Shown here: positions 8,131 to 19,260 of the stretch, in pieces | Position numbering within the stretch: position 1 is the stretch's first letter | Layout: each line of letters starts with the position of its first letter | Source: Patescibacteria group bacterium | GTDB lineage: Bacteria; Patescibacteriota; Minisyncoccia; Phycocordibacterales; Phycocordibacteraceae | Assembly (NCBI GenBank): GCA_030837225.1 | Contig: JAUPKX010000007.1 | Coordinates: 606-64,605 of the forward strand | Direction: 5' to 3' | Length of the DNA stretch: 64,000 nucleotides | Notes under the pieces: model-generated | Seen by the model: the letters and a program-made list of their open reading frames with translations, nothing else | Told to the model about the DNA's origin: nothing | Database searches by the model: none | Made by a program: the position numbers and the translations under genes

Positions 8131-10548
8131 CTAACGGGCTGGTGCGGTGGTTTCTCCGAGAGCTCCTTGTGGGATACCGAGTGCGCCAAGGCGTGTTGGA
8201 GGGAACGGATTCCTTCCAGCACGAACTGCAGCGAGGTCTGCTGCAACGGCTTCTGCGTTCTCCGGAGAGAGTGTGCCAACCTGCTCAAGCTCACGTGTTG
8301 CATCCTCGAACTGTCCGCTGATTGCGTACATGACACCAAGGAAGAAGCGGGCGTTTGCGTACTGAGGATTGATCTCAACCGAGCGCGCAAGCGCCTGAAT
8401 CGCGCCAGGGTTATTGCCATTCGCTGAGCGGAGGATACCAACCTGGAACAATATAGTTGGGTCATTCGGCGCGAAGTACGCTGCAGCTTCTGCTGCCTCA
8501 AGAGCTTCACGTGCTCTGCCCTGCTGCACTTCAAGCTGGGAGAGAAGGAAGATAGCCTGGGTGTAATCACGCTTCAAGGTGATGGCCTCCATGAGAGCGG
8601 CACTTGCTGCTGCCGGATCCTTGTGTGCGATCTCGAGCTGCGCGATCACATACGGAAGTGCTGGGCTCGTAGGGTTGAGCGCAACGGCCTGCTGGTACGC
8701 GGTCTTCGCATTCTCGTACGCGCCTTCGATGTTGAGCGGTACAACCGTCTGGTACACGTTCCCGAGCATTGCCCAGTTCTGGTAGTTGTTCGGTCCAATC
8801 TGTGTGGCAGCGAGAGCCGCCTCGATAGAGCCCGAGAGTGCTGCCTGGAACTGAGACTGTGCATCTGCCTGTGGAAGTTCCGTGTTCGAAGCAACCTGGT
8901 TCATGCGTGAGATGCCGATACCCGAGATGAGTTGGTACGCCCGGTCGCTCGGCGAGAAGAGGATGGAACGGTTTGCAGCCTCTAGTGCCTTGTCCAGATC
9001 GCCAGACGAAAGCGCGGTTGTTGACTCAGCATACGCGACGCCTCCAAGATAGCGCTCAATAACCACATAGGCGGCAAGGATCGATGCGAGTAGAAGAAGG
9101 GTAAGCGCGAAGACGATAACGAATCCAACCTTCGGACTACGAGCGAAGATAATACCTACCTCGCGAGCATTCGTGCCGTACCGGAGACTCGAGATGAATA
9201 CACCGATCAAGAGGAAACCAGCGAGAAAAACAATCGGACCCGGGACGGTGAAGATAGCGAGCGCGAGCACATAGAGTGCACCCGTGAAGGAAGCGGCCGA
9301 TACGAAGCGCACAAACGGATCCTCTGGCAAACGGAGCAAGAGCGCTCGGATGCCGAAGAAGAGGAAGAGTCCAATAAACGCGACCCATGCGAGCGCACCA
9401 ACGAGACCGGTTGTTACGAACGAGGTCGGGATGCTGCCGATACCAGACACGAAGTCTACGTTCCAGAAGTACGTGTCATTCAAGCTGCGATCACGGAACT
9501 GCACCCACTGCGTACCGAAGGTTCCAGGACCAGAACCAAAGAGCGGTGACGACGCGTAGGTGTGGCTACCGATGTCAAAAGTGGACTGCCACGATGGACG
9601 AACATCAATAACGTCAACACCAAGACCGGTTGCGAGCGCACTGCCGATAGTGCCTCCTCCAATAAGGAAGAAGAGCGCGACTGCGAGCGTTGCAAGCGGT
9701 GCCGCAAGAGAACGAGAAGACTGTGTTGGCTCGTCGGTGTCTTCAGCAAGAAGGAGCGCAACACCATCGAGATCTCCCTGATCACCGGAAGGACGATTAC
9801 GCATAATTGCTTCGATGAAGAGTGCGAGTGCAACGAGCGCTACAAGGGTCCAGATGAGGACTGAGTTCACGAGAGCAAGTAGGAAGAGGGCGACTCCACC
9901 AGCCACAAGCATCATGGTGCGGACCTTTGCAGAGAGCGTGAGGAGACGGAACGCGAGAAGGCCGATCGCGAGACCAAGACCGAGGAACATACCGAGGTCC
10001 ATAAAGGAGCCTACGAGGTTCGTCGTTGGAGCGATGAGTGTGGGTGCGATGCGTGAGGTGATTACAACCAAAACCTGAATTGCTACAACTGCTGCCGATA
10101 CAATAGCGCCCGCAGCAAAGAACATGCGGTAGCTAGGTATACGACGGAAGGCAAGCGCCGTTAGCGTTGCAAACAATGCCAAGAGGACAACGAACCCTGC
10201 GGTATCGGTCTCAATCTCTGTACCGAAGAACGAGGACGTCATGCCTGCACCCGAGAACAGGGACGAAAGTAGGTACGCCGCAGGCACAATCCAGAGAGCA
10301 CCAAGTAATGGGAGTGGTGGAATAATGGCATTCCCGCGGGTTAGACGCGCGAGGATGAACAGGATGAGTGTTGCGAGCACGCCGAGTGCGAGCACCGTAA
10401 CCTTCGTATACAGAAACGGAATAGTAGCGAGCGGGATGAACGCAATAATGGCTGCTGCGAACGTGAGAACAACCGCCCAATTTGCGGCGACATCGAACGA
10501 CAGACGCTTGGTGCGTCCTGACTTAGACCCCGAGTGATTCTCTTGCAT
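8131..10548 (-). CDS. O-antigen ligase/polymerase-like polytopic membrane protein with C-terminal TPR repeats
   Basis: 805 aa; ~12 TM helices with Wzy_C-like periplasmic loop (LFGSGPGTFGTQW); C-terminal third is TPR-like (AYQQAVALNP, ARSVEINPQYANARFFLG). Confidence 0.6.
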   Translation of the reverse strand: MQENHSGSKSGRTKRLSFDVAANWAVVLTFAAAIIAFIPLATIPFLYTKVTVLALGVLATLILFILARLTRGNAIIPPLPLLGALWIVPAAYLLSSLFSGAGMTSSFFGTEIETDTAGFVVLLALFATLTALAFRRIPSYRMFFAAGAIVSAAVVAIQVLVVITSRIAPTLIAPTTNLVGSFMDLGMFLGLGLAIGLLAFRLLTLSAKVRTMMLVAGGVALFLLALVNSVLIWTLVALVALALFIEAIMRNRPSGDQGDLDGVALLLAEDTDEPTQSSRSLAAPLATLAVALFFLIGGGTIGSALATGLGVDVIDVRPSWQSTFDIGSHTYASSPLFGSGPGTFGTQWVQFRDRSLNDTYFWNVDFVSGIGSIPTSFVTTGLVGALAWVAFIGLFLFFGIRALLLRLPEDPFVRFVSAASFTGALYVLALAIFTVPGPIVFLAGFLLIGVFISSLRYGTNAREVGIIFARSPKVGFVIVFALTLLLLASILAAYVVIERYLGGVAYAESTTALSSGDLDKALEAANRSILFSPSDRAYQLISGIGISRMNQVASNTELPQADAQSQFQAALSGSIEAALAATQIGPNNYQNWAMLGNVYQTVVPLNIEGAYENAKTAYQQAVALNPTSPALPYVIAQLEIAHKDPAAASAALMEAITLKRDYTQAIFLLSQLEVQQGRAREALEAAEAAAYFAPNDPTILFQVGILRSANGNNPGAIQALARSVEINPQYANARFFLGVMYAISGQFEDATRELEQVGTLSPENAEAVAADLAAVRAGRNPFPPTRLGALGIPQGALGETTAPAR

Positions 10549-10643
10549 AGGTAAAGATAAAAACGGCCCTTCTAATAGCAGTTAGTATAGCTCGCTCTTA
10601 CTACAATCTTTTTCCTACCCTGTGGACGAGAAAATGCACAGTG

Positions 10644-10671
10644 TTGCGATTCCTTGTGTTCATTGTATGAT
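10644..10671 (+). promoter_or_regulatory. sigma70-like promoter for rnpB
   Basis: TTGCGA -16 nt- TATGAT, 6-7 nt upstream of the P1 helix of RNase P RNA. Confidence 0.45.
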
Positions 10672-10677
10672 ATATGA

Positions 10678-10992
10678 GGACCGGGCCTGACGATCGCTCT
10701 ACCCTTCGGGGCTAGGGAGGAAAGTCCGAACACAGGCTCTCCGGAGCAGCACGGTAGCGGGTAACGCCCGTCCGCAGTGATGCGCGAGGTGCGAACAGAA
10801 ACGCCCAATGTTGAAAGACTAGGGATCCTCTATGAGGATGGGCTGGCAGCAATGCCAGACTGAAACGGCTAAATCCTTACCTCTGTGCAAGGCCGTGCCC
10901 GCGAAAGCGGGAGCGCCGCTCGAGGCGTACGGCAACGTACGTCCCAGATAGATGGTCGTCCATGACAGAATTCGGCTTATGACCCGGTCCAG
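10678..10992 (+). ncRNA. rnpB: RNase P RNA (bacterial type A, compact)
   Basis: P4 consensus AGGGAGGAAAGTCCGAACAC; 3' region ACAGAATTCGGCTTATGACCCGGTCC pairing with 5' GGACCGGG (P1); about 315 nt. Confidence 0.85.
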
Positions 10993-10998
10993 ATACAT

Positions 10999-11033
10999 GA
11001 AAGAACCCGCGTAAGCGGGTTCTTTCATTTCCT
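10999..11033 (+). terminator. rho-independent terminator after rnpB
   Basis: GAAAGAACCCGC-gtaa-GCGGGTTCTTTC then atttcctatt. Confidence 0.6.
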
Positions 11034-11478
11034 ATTCCGGAAGCGGTATTCGCGTACCAACCGTCCAGCCTTGGGCTTTCGCCTCACCTACTCTTGTTTC
11101 AAGGACGAATTTAACGGGGCGTGGCGGGTAGAACGGTGTCGGGTACGTATCAGGCGAGACTCCTTCTTCTATCTCAAGTATGGTTCCGTCGTCTGCGAGC
11201 CATATGATGTCGATTGAAATGAGCATGTCCTTCATCCAGAATCCGTAGCGATCGTGGCGATCGAATATAAAGAGTAGTCCGTTTCCAGGCTTCACTTCTG
11301 TTCGTCCAGAGAGTCCCTGTTCATGCTCTGCCGCGGAATCTGCAACTTCGAACCGAAACGCGCTATACGTAGCAGCTTTCTCCTCAGGGAGAGGAGTTTG
11401 CTTCATATACAGGAAGAGTATGAGACCGAGTATCGCGATTGCAAGGATGCTGGATACGATTGCGGTTTTGATGCTCAT
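11032..11478 (-). CDS. DUF192-family protein (secreted/membrane-anchored)
   Basis: N-terminal TM/signal; DUF192-like motifs GNGLLFIF, FWMKDMLISIDIIW. Confidence 0.6.
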   Translation of the reverse strand: MSIKTAIVSSILAIAILGLILFLYMKQTPLPEEKAATYSAFRFEVADSAAEHEQGLSGRTEVKPGNGLLFIFDRHDRYGFWMKDMLISIDIIWLADDGTILEIEEGVSPDTYPTPFYPPRPVKFVLETRVGEAKAQGWTVGTRIPLPE

Positions 11479-11489
11479 ACTTTTATCTA

Positions 11490-11978
11490 TCAGATTGCTT
11501 CGTACCGTATAACAATGCGCGCAGTATCTTTAAGGACTGTGTTCTCAAACGTATCTACTTCGACACCGTCAACCGTAACGACAATTCGGTGAGTCGCGTC
11601 AGTCCTATAAGATAGAATCTCGTCCTTAGTAAACGGCTTTTCCCATACCGCGAAGAAGTCGGCAAGCGTAAAGTCGCGCTTCTCAGGAGATTCCACGTGT
11701 ATCAGCCCGTCCGGGGTATGGGTATGGAGCACCGTCATACAGGTCTCCCGGACACCGATATTTTCAGGGACCGGGACTGGCTCACCATTCACCACAATCT
11801 CGAGGGTTGAGTGTACATGGAAACCATGTGCCTTCTCTTTATCGCAAGCGAGGGCAACCTCGCGTGTGGTGCGTGTAGTCTCTACGGGTTCTTTTGATTG
11901 CTGCGAGGGGCTCTTGAAAGCGAGCACGAGACCAACACCGAGAACAACAAGGACGAGTGGCAGGAGTATCTTCATCAT
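11490..11978 (-). CDS. secreted hypothetical protein
   Basis: Signal/TM helix MMKILLPLVLVVLGVGLVLA, 162 aa, no recognisable domain. Confidence 0.5.
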   Translation of the reverse strand: MMKILLPLVLVVLGVGLVLAFKSPSQQSKEPVETTRTTREVALACDKEKAHGFHVHSTLEIVVNGEPVPVPENIGVRETCMTVLHTHTPDGLIHVESPEKRDFTLADFFAVWEKPFTKDEILSYRTDATHRIVVTVDGVEVDTFENTVLKDTARIVIRYEAI

Positions 11979-11980
11979 AT

Positions 11981-12367
11981 CTATGGGGTGTTATGCGTTT
12001 CGTCCTCAGGGAGGGCAGGTGTCTTGCCGAACCAGCTCAGCTGCCATTCCTTCATTTGACCAATCTCTGCTTCTTGCGCTGAGATAATAGCCTCAGCCAT
12101 CTGCTTAATTTCTACATGGCCTGCGTTCGTACGTGCAAGCTGCGCCATTTCAACGGCGCCCTCGTGATGAACAATCATCTCCTTAAGGAAGGCCTGGTCG
12201 AAAGCATCACCCTCCTTGCCTTGAAGAGCCTTGCTCATGTCTTCCATTGAGCTTGCCATAGTATGACTCACTGGAGCTGGAGAAGGCTTATCGAAAGCGA
12301 CCACGGCGCCTGCCCCAATGGCAGCACTTACGATTGCGACTAGCACGAGCTTTGTTAATGCAGGCAT
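11981..12367 (-). CDS. DUF305-family protein (secreted)
   Basis: N-terminal TM; DUF305-like ...EMIVHHEGAVEMAQ... motif. Confidence 0.6.
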   Translation of the reverse strand: MPALTKLVLVAIVSAAIGAGAVVAFDKPSPAPVSHTMASSMEDMSKALQGKEGDAFDQAFLKEMIVHHEGAVEMAQLARTNAGHVEIKQMAEAIISAQEAEIGQMKEWQLSWFGKTPALPEDETHNTP

Positions 12368-12573
12368 ATTGCTTCTTTGGTTACGTTTCGACAGTATACC
12401 CTGGCAAAATTGTTCTATCTTTTAGCGGAGTGAGTCGGACTAGAGCCCCAACATACCAAACCCCACAAGCTCCACACACCATTTTATCAAGAAAGAGTAA
12501 AGAGATACAAAACTACAAATTACATTGTGCTTTGCCCACTCATCCTGTCCGCACACAAAGTCACGCCGTTTTG

Positions 12574-12608
12574 AGGAAAAAAAACAATCACCCCGCAGCA
12601 GAGCTGCG
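12574..12608 (-). terminator. terminator downstream of pilin gene
   Basis: CGCAGC-aga-GCTGCG hairpin followed on minus strand by T8 run. Confidence 0.45.
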
Positions 12609-12655
12609 AGGAAATCTCCTTGATTATAAAACGGCGTGGCTTGCTCCCGTATGTA

Positions 12656-13153
12656 TTAGCACTGTGGACCAGGGGCAATCACCGTTCCAAAATCATCCCC
12701 CGAGAAATTTAATGTCGTTCCCAGATCACTTTCATTTGAAAGATTTGGACCAGATGACCAAAGCTTGGTGTGGTAAGTACAAGCCGGCACGCGGTAATTG
12801 TCGTCGTAGCAATAGGCCCTTCCCCAGGGGTCTTGTGCGGGTGGAGCACTCATCGCGCCAGCGCCTTGAAGCGCCGTTACGACTGCATTCCACGAACCCT
12901 GATCGCACGGATTTGAACATGCGCTACAGTTGTCCCCGATAGGAGGATATTCATTGTAGCTGTCAAAGTAAAACTCAAAAGCAACTTGCAAGGAATGTAT
13001 ATCGGCTTTTGCACGCGCTATTTTTGCCTTTTCGCGCGCTCCGTTTAATGATGCAAGCACAATCGAGGAAAGCATGCCGATGATAGCGATAACAACGAGA
13101 AGTTCGATAAGAGTGAACCCTCTGATTGCGTGCGTTTTATTTCGTGAAGACAT
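12656..13153 (-). CDS. type IV pilin (prepilin-type N-terminal cleavage/methylation domain)
   Basis: Start placed at ATG with GGAGGT Shine-Dalgarno 8 nt upstream; leader MSSRNKTHAIRG then FTLIELLVVIAIIGMLSSIVLA; Cys-rich C-terminal domain. ORF-track upstream extension to 13228 considered unlikely. Confidence 0.8.
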   Translation of the reverse strand: MSSRNKTHAIRGFTLIELLVVIAIIGMLSSIVLASLNGAREKAKIARAKADIHSLQVAFEFYFDSYNEYPPIGDNCSACSNPCDQGSWNAVVTALQGAGAMSAPPAQDPWGRAYCYDDNYRVPACTYHTKLWSSGPNLSNESDLGTTLNFSGDDFGTVIAPGPQC

Positions 13154-13173
13154 AGAAATTAACCTCCAGTTTC

Positions 13174-13467
13174 TCATCGGCCGCTGTTCCAGTTTTTTGG
13201 GTATGCTTCTGGCGCCGGCGGTTTCCATGGTAGCGGTTTAGATGCAGACCCGCCTCCAAGCACAAAAGGCGCTGTAATCGCAACGAGAACAGCAATGCCT
13301 ACGGCAATAAGCAAAACGTACTGCGCCTGTTTCTCATCCTTGATATAGCCGCCGGAATATTGCATAACCCACTTCACGATTTTCGGCTTTGGCGTTTGGA
13401 AAGATCGAGGTTGTTGAAACTCCTCGCCTTCAAAGTTTATTCGTGGTGGCTCGTTATTTTGGTCCAC
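13174..13467 (-). CDS. small membrane protein, hypothetical
   Basis: 97 aa, single TM helix, immediately upstream of pilin gene. Confidence 0.35.
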   Translation of the reverse strand: MDQNNEPPRINFEGEEFQQPRSFQTPKPKIVKWVMQYSGGYIKDEKQAQYVLLIAVGIAVLVAITAPFVLGGGSASKPLPWKPPAPEAYPKNWNSGR

Positions 13468-13702
13468 GGTGTATGGAAATCAATTTGGTTCGACTACATT
13501 TCCATTATATATCCTGCCACCCCCCGCAAGGAAAAAGTGGGCTACTTCAGCAACTTATCAGCACTCACGCCAAGAGCTTGTGCCACCTGTGTAGACCGAA
13601 GCGTGGCTTGAGGAAATGCTAGCACACATCAATCCGAGCTTTTTTGCGGCTTGGGAAGCGCCGGGATATGCGCATGCTCCATATCGATAAAATTCCTCCT
13701 CT

Positions 13703-14380
13703 TTAGTCTGTAGCAGACCAAGAGCTGAATATATCTTTTATTACTGCCAAGTCAGCTGCATCAATAGGTTCAAAGGGACCCTTCCCCCTCGACCAGTAGC
13801 CTGGCCCCGAGGCCGTAACCAGACAAGCTTGAGCGACGATTTGTAAGTATCCCTCTTCTTCGGTGGTCAGTACAGAAGGACGCACAATTATAGCGGCCCT
13901 CTCCACATTTTTTTGCAGTTTTGAGTGTTCGTAATCTTGAGTTTCTTTGTAACTTACTTGGTATGACGTCCCTTTCTCGTTCGAAAAAGTACGAGACTGA
14001 GAATCATGCTCAACGATTTCGTATTCTTCGTATCCTATAACTGAAGGACAAGAAACATTAGCGATTTGTATTCCTTGAGCATTACTCAGAGCAATAACGT
14101 TTGATTTACTTATTGCTCCGTCACTTGTCGGTTCGCCAGCCGTTCGAGTTTGTTTTGTTTGCCATGAGGCGGGGATTGAAAACGAGAAACCGTTGCTCGT
14201 TGTTACGGTTTTAAAACTCGAAACGGGAACATTATTTTTTACACCAACATTTTCTTGTTGCACTTCCGCCGTCTCCTCAAGTGAAGTTGCAGCAGGGACA
14301 CTCGGTGTCTGGCTGAAATACCACCATCCTCCTGCAGTCGCCAAAATAGCTACGGTCCCGACAATCAAATATCTATTCAT
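13703..14380 (-). CDS. secreted hypothetical protein
   Basis: N-terminal signal/TM MNRYLIVGTVAILATAGGWWYF; 225 aa Thr/Ser-rich. Confidence 0.5.
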   Translation of the reverse strand: MNRYLIVGTVAILATAGGWWYFSQTPSVPAATSLEETAEVQQENVGVKNNVPVSSFKTVTTSNGFSFSIPASWQTKQTRTAGEPTSDGAISKSNVIALSNAQGIQIANVSCPSVIGYEEYEIVEHDSQSRTFSNEKGTSYQVSYKETQDYEHSKLQKNVERAAIIVRPSVLTTEEEGYLQIVAQACLVTASGPGYWSRGKGPFEPIDAADLAVIKDIFSSWSATD

Positions 14381-14450
14381 GCGTGAATACTACCAGGTTC
14401 TAATCCTCTCGGCTGCCTTTTAATATCCTTATGTTAATCGCTAAAAATAC

Positions 14451-14538
14451 TGGCGGAGGCGGAGGGATTCGAACCCTCGAAACCTTTCGGTTTACGCGCT
14501 TTCCAAGCGCGCTCAATCGACCACTATGAGACGCCTCC
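14451..14538 (-). tRNA. tRNA-Ser(GGA)
   Basis: Acceptor GGAGGCG/CGCCTCC, anticodon stem CGCGC/GCGCG with loop TTGGAAA, long variable arm, T-loop TTCGAAT, genomically encoded CCA. Confidence 0.85.
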
Positions 14539-14566
14539 GTGCGTGGCTTTTATACCACGAAACTCC

Positions 14567-15466
14567 TTACTTCGCCCCAGAACCAAGCAATGCAGCGACT
14601 CTCTCCTCTACCGGCGGATGCGTTGCAAACAATTTGTTCACAAACTTCCCAGCTTCCCCGCCGAACGGATTCCCAATGAAGAGGTGTGCGGTTGCGTGGT
14701 TTGCACGCTGCATCGGGCGCCCGTCCCCTGCAATCTTTCTGAGCGCAGACGCGAGTCCCTCTGGGTAGCGCGTAAGGAGCGCACCGGACGAGTCAGCGAG
14801 GAATTCCCTGCGACGTGAAATCGCGAGCTGAATGAGCTGCGCGGCTATTGGTGCGAGGATTACCGCGACGATAGCGAGCACCGCGAAGATAACACCAGCC
14901 TTGCTATCGTTGTCCCGCGAACCGCCCCCAAACAATGACATCCGGAGAAATATGTCCGCCACAATCGCAACGAACCCTGCGAGCACGACCGCAACCGTCA
15001 TAACGAGCATGTCCTTGTTCTTGATGTGCGAGAGCTCGTGCGCGATAACGCCCTCGAGCTCGGCTCGATCAAGTATTTGGAGAAGTCCGGTGGTTGCCGC
15101 AACAACCGCATGCTTCTCGTCCCTTCCCGTAGCGAACGCGTTCGGGGCCGGGTCTTGAATCACATACAATTTTGGCATCGGAAGCCCTGCCGTAATCGCA
15201 AGATTCTCCGTTACGGTATAGAGGTCAAAGTACTCTTCTCTTGAGGCTGGCTTTGCACCGTTCATAGAGAGCGCAATCTTGTCTGAGAACCAGTAGCTCC
15301 CCACGTTCATAAACAATGCGAAGGCAACGGCGCCGTAGAGGATAGTAGGGGAGCCGTAGTACCAAGACACTGCCCACCCAACCGCCATAACAATCAAGAA
15401 GAACCCGGCCATAAGGGCCCAGGTCTTTACGACGTTATTTGATCGCTGTTGGTATAGGTTCGCCAT
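14567..15466 (-). CDS. htpX: zinc metalloprotease HtpX (M48 family)
   Basis: HELSHIKNKD zinc motif; four TM helices; 299 aa. Confidence 0.85.
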   Translation of the reverse strand: MANLYQQRSNNVVKTWALMAGFFLIVMAVGWAVSWYYGSPTILYGAVAFALFMNVGSYWFSDKIALSMNGAKPASREEYFDLYTVTENLAITAGLPMPKLYVIQDPAPNAFATGRDEKHAVVAATTGLLQILDRAELEGVIAHELSHIKNKDMLVMTVAVVLAGFVAIVADIFLRMSLFGGGSRDNDSKAGVIFAVLAIVAVILAPIAAQLIQLAISRRREFLADSSGALLTRYPEGLASALRKIAGDGRPMQRANHATAHLFIGNPFGGEAGKFVNKLFATHPPVEERVAALLGSGAK

Positions 15467-15500
15467 GTGTAGGGATGCTATCTAGTAAGACGTGCGTTGC

Positions 15501-15812
15501 CTATTTCTTTTCAAAACGGTCTTTGTCTCGGCCGTAGCAAGTATCCATCTTCTTTGCGAACTCCGCATCGAGGTCGACGCCCTGTGCATTCGCCAAGCAC
15601 ATAGCGGAGAATATGACGTCCATAATCTCGCCGCCGAGCTCCTGACGTGACTCCTCCTGTTTCTTCGGCTTACCTCCATAGAGATGGTTCAAAAGCCTCC
15701 CAACTTCACCCACCTCTTCCGCGAGCGCTGCGAACTGGGACAACAGCGGCCAATACGGATCCTTGAACCCCTGTGCCCAATCGTCTATCTGCTTTTGGGC
15801 GTCCTTAAGCAT
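15501..15812 (-). CDS. MazG-like nucleotide pyrophosphohydrolase (small all-alpha NTP-PPase)
   Basis: 103 aa; MazG-family EEVGEV...E..D motif pattern. Confidence 0.7.
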   Translation of the reverse strand: MLKDAQKQIDDWAQGFKDPYWPLLSQFAALAEEVGEVGRLLNHLYGGKPKKQEESRQELGGEIMDVIFSAMCLANAQGVDLDAEFAKKMDTCYGRDKDRFEKK

Positions 15813-15818
15813 GGCTAT

Positions 15819-16379
15819 TTAGAAGGAGACCTTAACCGGTTCCCTTGCCGCAGACTCTGCTTCCGTCAGCTCAAACAAATCCATCTGCTTGAAGCCGAAT
15901 GGTGACGCGATGAGGTTGCCTGGGAACTGCTCCACAGCGGTGTTCAGACTCTGAACCGTTGAGTTGTAGAACCGACGTGATGCCATGATCTTGTTCTCGG
16001 TGTCTGAGAGTTCGCGCTGAAGCTCGAGGAAGTTCGTGTTTGCCTTGAGGTCAGGATAGCTTTCGGAAACCGCGAAGAGAGACTTAAGTGCGCCGGTGAG
16101 CATGTTCTCAGCAGCAGCGTGCTGCTCAACCGTCTGCGCACCCATAGCGGCAGTGCGAGCCTCGGTAACACTCTGAAGTGTCTGGCTCTCATGCGCCGCG
16201 TATCCCTTAACCGTCTCAATGAGGTTCGGGATAAGGTCATAGCGCCTCTTCATCTGCACTTCGATATCGGACCACGCTTCCTTCGCACGATTGCGGAGCG
16301 ACACGAATCCGTTGTAACTGAGCACAACCCAGAGAACAATGAGGGCGAGTACGCCGAGCACGATATAAAGGGTAGTCAT
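15819..16379 (-). CDS. LemA family protein
   Basis: N-terminal TM then LemA domain (RRYDLIPNLIETVKGYAAHE, FYNSTVQSLNTAVEQFPGNL); start moved to internal ATG (MTTLYIV...) because the track's GTG at 16439 has a Shine-Dalgarno sequence with zero spacing. Confidence 0.8.
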   Translation of the reverse strand: MTTLYIVLGVLALIVLWVVLSYNGFVSLRNRAKEAWSDIEVQMKRRYDLIPNLIETVKGYAAHESQTLQSVTEARTAAMGAQTVEQHAAAENMLTGALKSLFAVSESYPDLKANTNFLELQRELSDTENKIMASRRFYNSTVQSLNTAVEQFPGNLIASPFGFKQMDLFELTEAESAAREPVKVSF

Positions 16380-16502
16380 ATACGTATATTGTAGGTTCTC
16401 CACATACAAACGCAAGGAAGCACTTTTCCGGTAATTCACCTCCCTTCATTGCACAGTTCGTATGCCGGGCGTATGGTCAGAAATGGAAAGAGGGAGGAAG
16501 CA

Positions 16503-16748
16503 ATGTTCATGAATGACGAAGGTACCATGGTCGACAGCCTCGGCCAGGCGGCGTTCAGTGCATTTTTCGAACTACTACGAATGGAGCCGCGACAGGTGAT
16601 TCTGATGGGCGTCCTGCTGATCACACTCATTGTGTTTGCTGCTTTCTTCGACAGTTGTTTACGCGTCATGCGAAAGCGCGACCTCGATCGAGATCGCGCT
16701 GAGCGCGAAGTGTTGCTCGACCTCGCCCACCGTGGCGAACCGCTTTGA
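16503..16748 (+). CDS. small membrane protein, hypothetical
   Basis: GGAGG 6 nt upstream of ATG; one TM helix; strong intrinsic terminator directly downstream. Confidence 0.45.
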   Translation: MFMNDEGTMVDSLGQAAFSAFFELLRMEPRQVILMGVLLITLIVFAAFFDSCLRVMRKRDLDRDRAEREVLLDLAHRGEPL

Positions 16749-16759
16749 CGAGCGAACAG

Positions 16760-16796
16760 AAAACGCCGCAGTTCCCTTCGGAACCGCGGCGTTTTT
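16760..16796. terminator. bidirectional rho-independent terminator (shared by plus-strand small ORF and groEL)
   Basis: aaaa-CGCCGC-agttcccttcggaacc-GCGGCG-ttttt. Confidence 0.8.
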
Positions 16797-16812
16797 CATT
16801 TGTCTTTCGTAA

Positions 16813-18459
<1,647 letters not shown>

Positions 18460-18479
18460 TTAAGAAAGGGAAGTAAGCG

Positions 18480-18779
18480 CTATTTGAGTATGGCGAGTAC
18501 GCCTGACTCGGAGAGGATGTAGTAATCATCGCCATCAACTTTCACTTCGTCGAATCCGTACTTGGAGAAGAGTACCTGGTCACCAACCTTAACCGTCATG
18601 GGAATGAGGTCGCCGTCCTCGTAGCGACCGAGGCCGACCGCAACAACGGTTCCCTTGCTCGGTGCTTCTTGTTTCGCCGAGTCCGGAATGATGATACCCA
18701 TTGCGGTCTTTTCCTCCTTTGCGAGCGGCTTCACCACGATGCGGTCGTTTAGGGGCTGAATAGAAAGCTTGGTAGCCAT
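18480..18779 (-). CDS. groS: co-chaperonin GroES
   Basis: 99 aa, canonical GroES sequence; 32 nt upstream of groEL. Confidence 0.95.
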   Translation of the reverse strand: MATKLSIQPLNDRIVVKPLAKEEKTAMGIIIPDSAKQEAPSKGTVVAVGLGRYEDGDLIPMTVKVGDQVLFSKYGFDEVKVDGDDYYILSESGVLAILK

Positions 18780-18858
18780 AGGAAAATAGTTCGCTTAGTG
18801 CGGTTGCTAAAGGTTGCCCGTTTTCTAGACACGAATTCCCTGCCTAGAAGTTATCCAC

Positions 18859-18886
18859 AGTATAGAACGCGAGCTGCAACCGTCAA
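18859..18886 (-). promoter_or_regulatory. sigma70-like promoter of groES-groEL
   Basis: On minus strand TTGACG -16 nt- TATACT about 80 nt upstream of groES ATG; the -35 sits inside perfect palindrome GTCAA-T-TTGAC (18882..18892). Confidence 0.45.
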
Positions 18887-18985
18887 TTTGACAGTCTTTT
18901 GTTTTAAGTTCATAGCAGCACTCTTATCGTTCAGTACGTATCTGGTTGCCCGGACTTCCCCTTTATGCTAGAATCCAGGGCACAG

Positions 18986-19216
18986 ATGGAGACTCTTTCG
19001 GCAGGATTGCCCTACATTCAGATAGCCCTCTCCCTACTCCTCATCGCAGGTATCGTCCTCCAGAACCGAGGCGCATCCTTGGGTGGAGCCTTCGGAGGCG
19101 ACAATTTCGCATCGACCTTCTACAAGCGCCGTGGCGCTGAGAAGTTCCTGTTCAATGCGACTATCGTTATCGCGATCCTCTTCGTGCTTTCGACCGTTGT
19201 CGGGTTCTTCCTCTAA
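18986..19216 (+). CDS. secG: preprotein translocase subunit SecG
   Basis: Two TM helices flanking GASLGGAFGGDNF loop, typical SecG; start placed at METLSAG... Confidence 0.7.
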   Translation: METLSAGLPYIQIALSLLLIAGIVLQNRGASLGGAFGGDNFASTFYKRRGAEKFLFNATIVIAILFVLSTVVGFFL

Positions 19217-19260
19217 GTCTCCGTTTCTGGCCCTCTTGGGTCTCCCCTATTTACGTACGT

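Noticed and set aside
10572-11028. ORF-track CDSs 10572..10808 and 10819..11028 (minus strand)
   Set aside because: They lie entirely on the RNase P RNA gene and its terminator; the P4 consensus is unmistakable, so these are spurious frames.
18780-18960. CIRCE/HrcA operator upstream of groES
   Set aside because: No TTAGCACTC-N9-GAGTGCTAA. Only weak partial inverted repeats (TTAGC..CTAA) besides the GTCAANTTGAC palindrome, which is reported separately.
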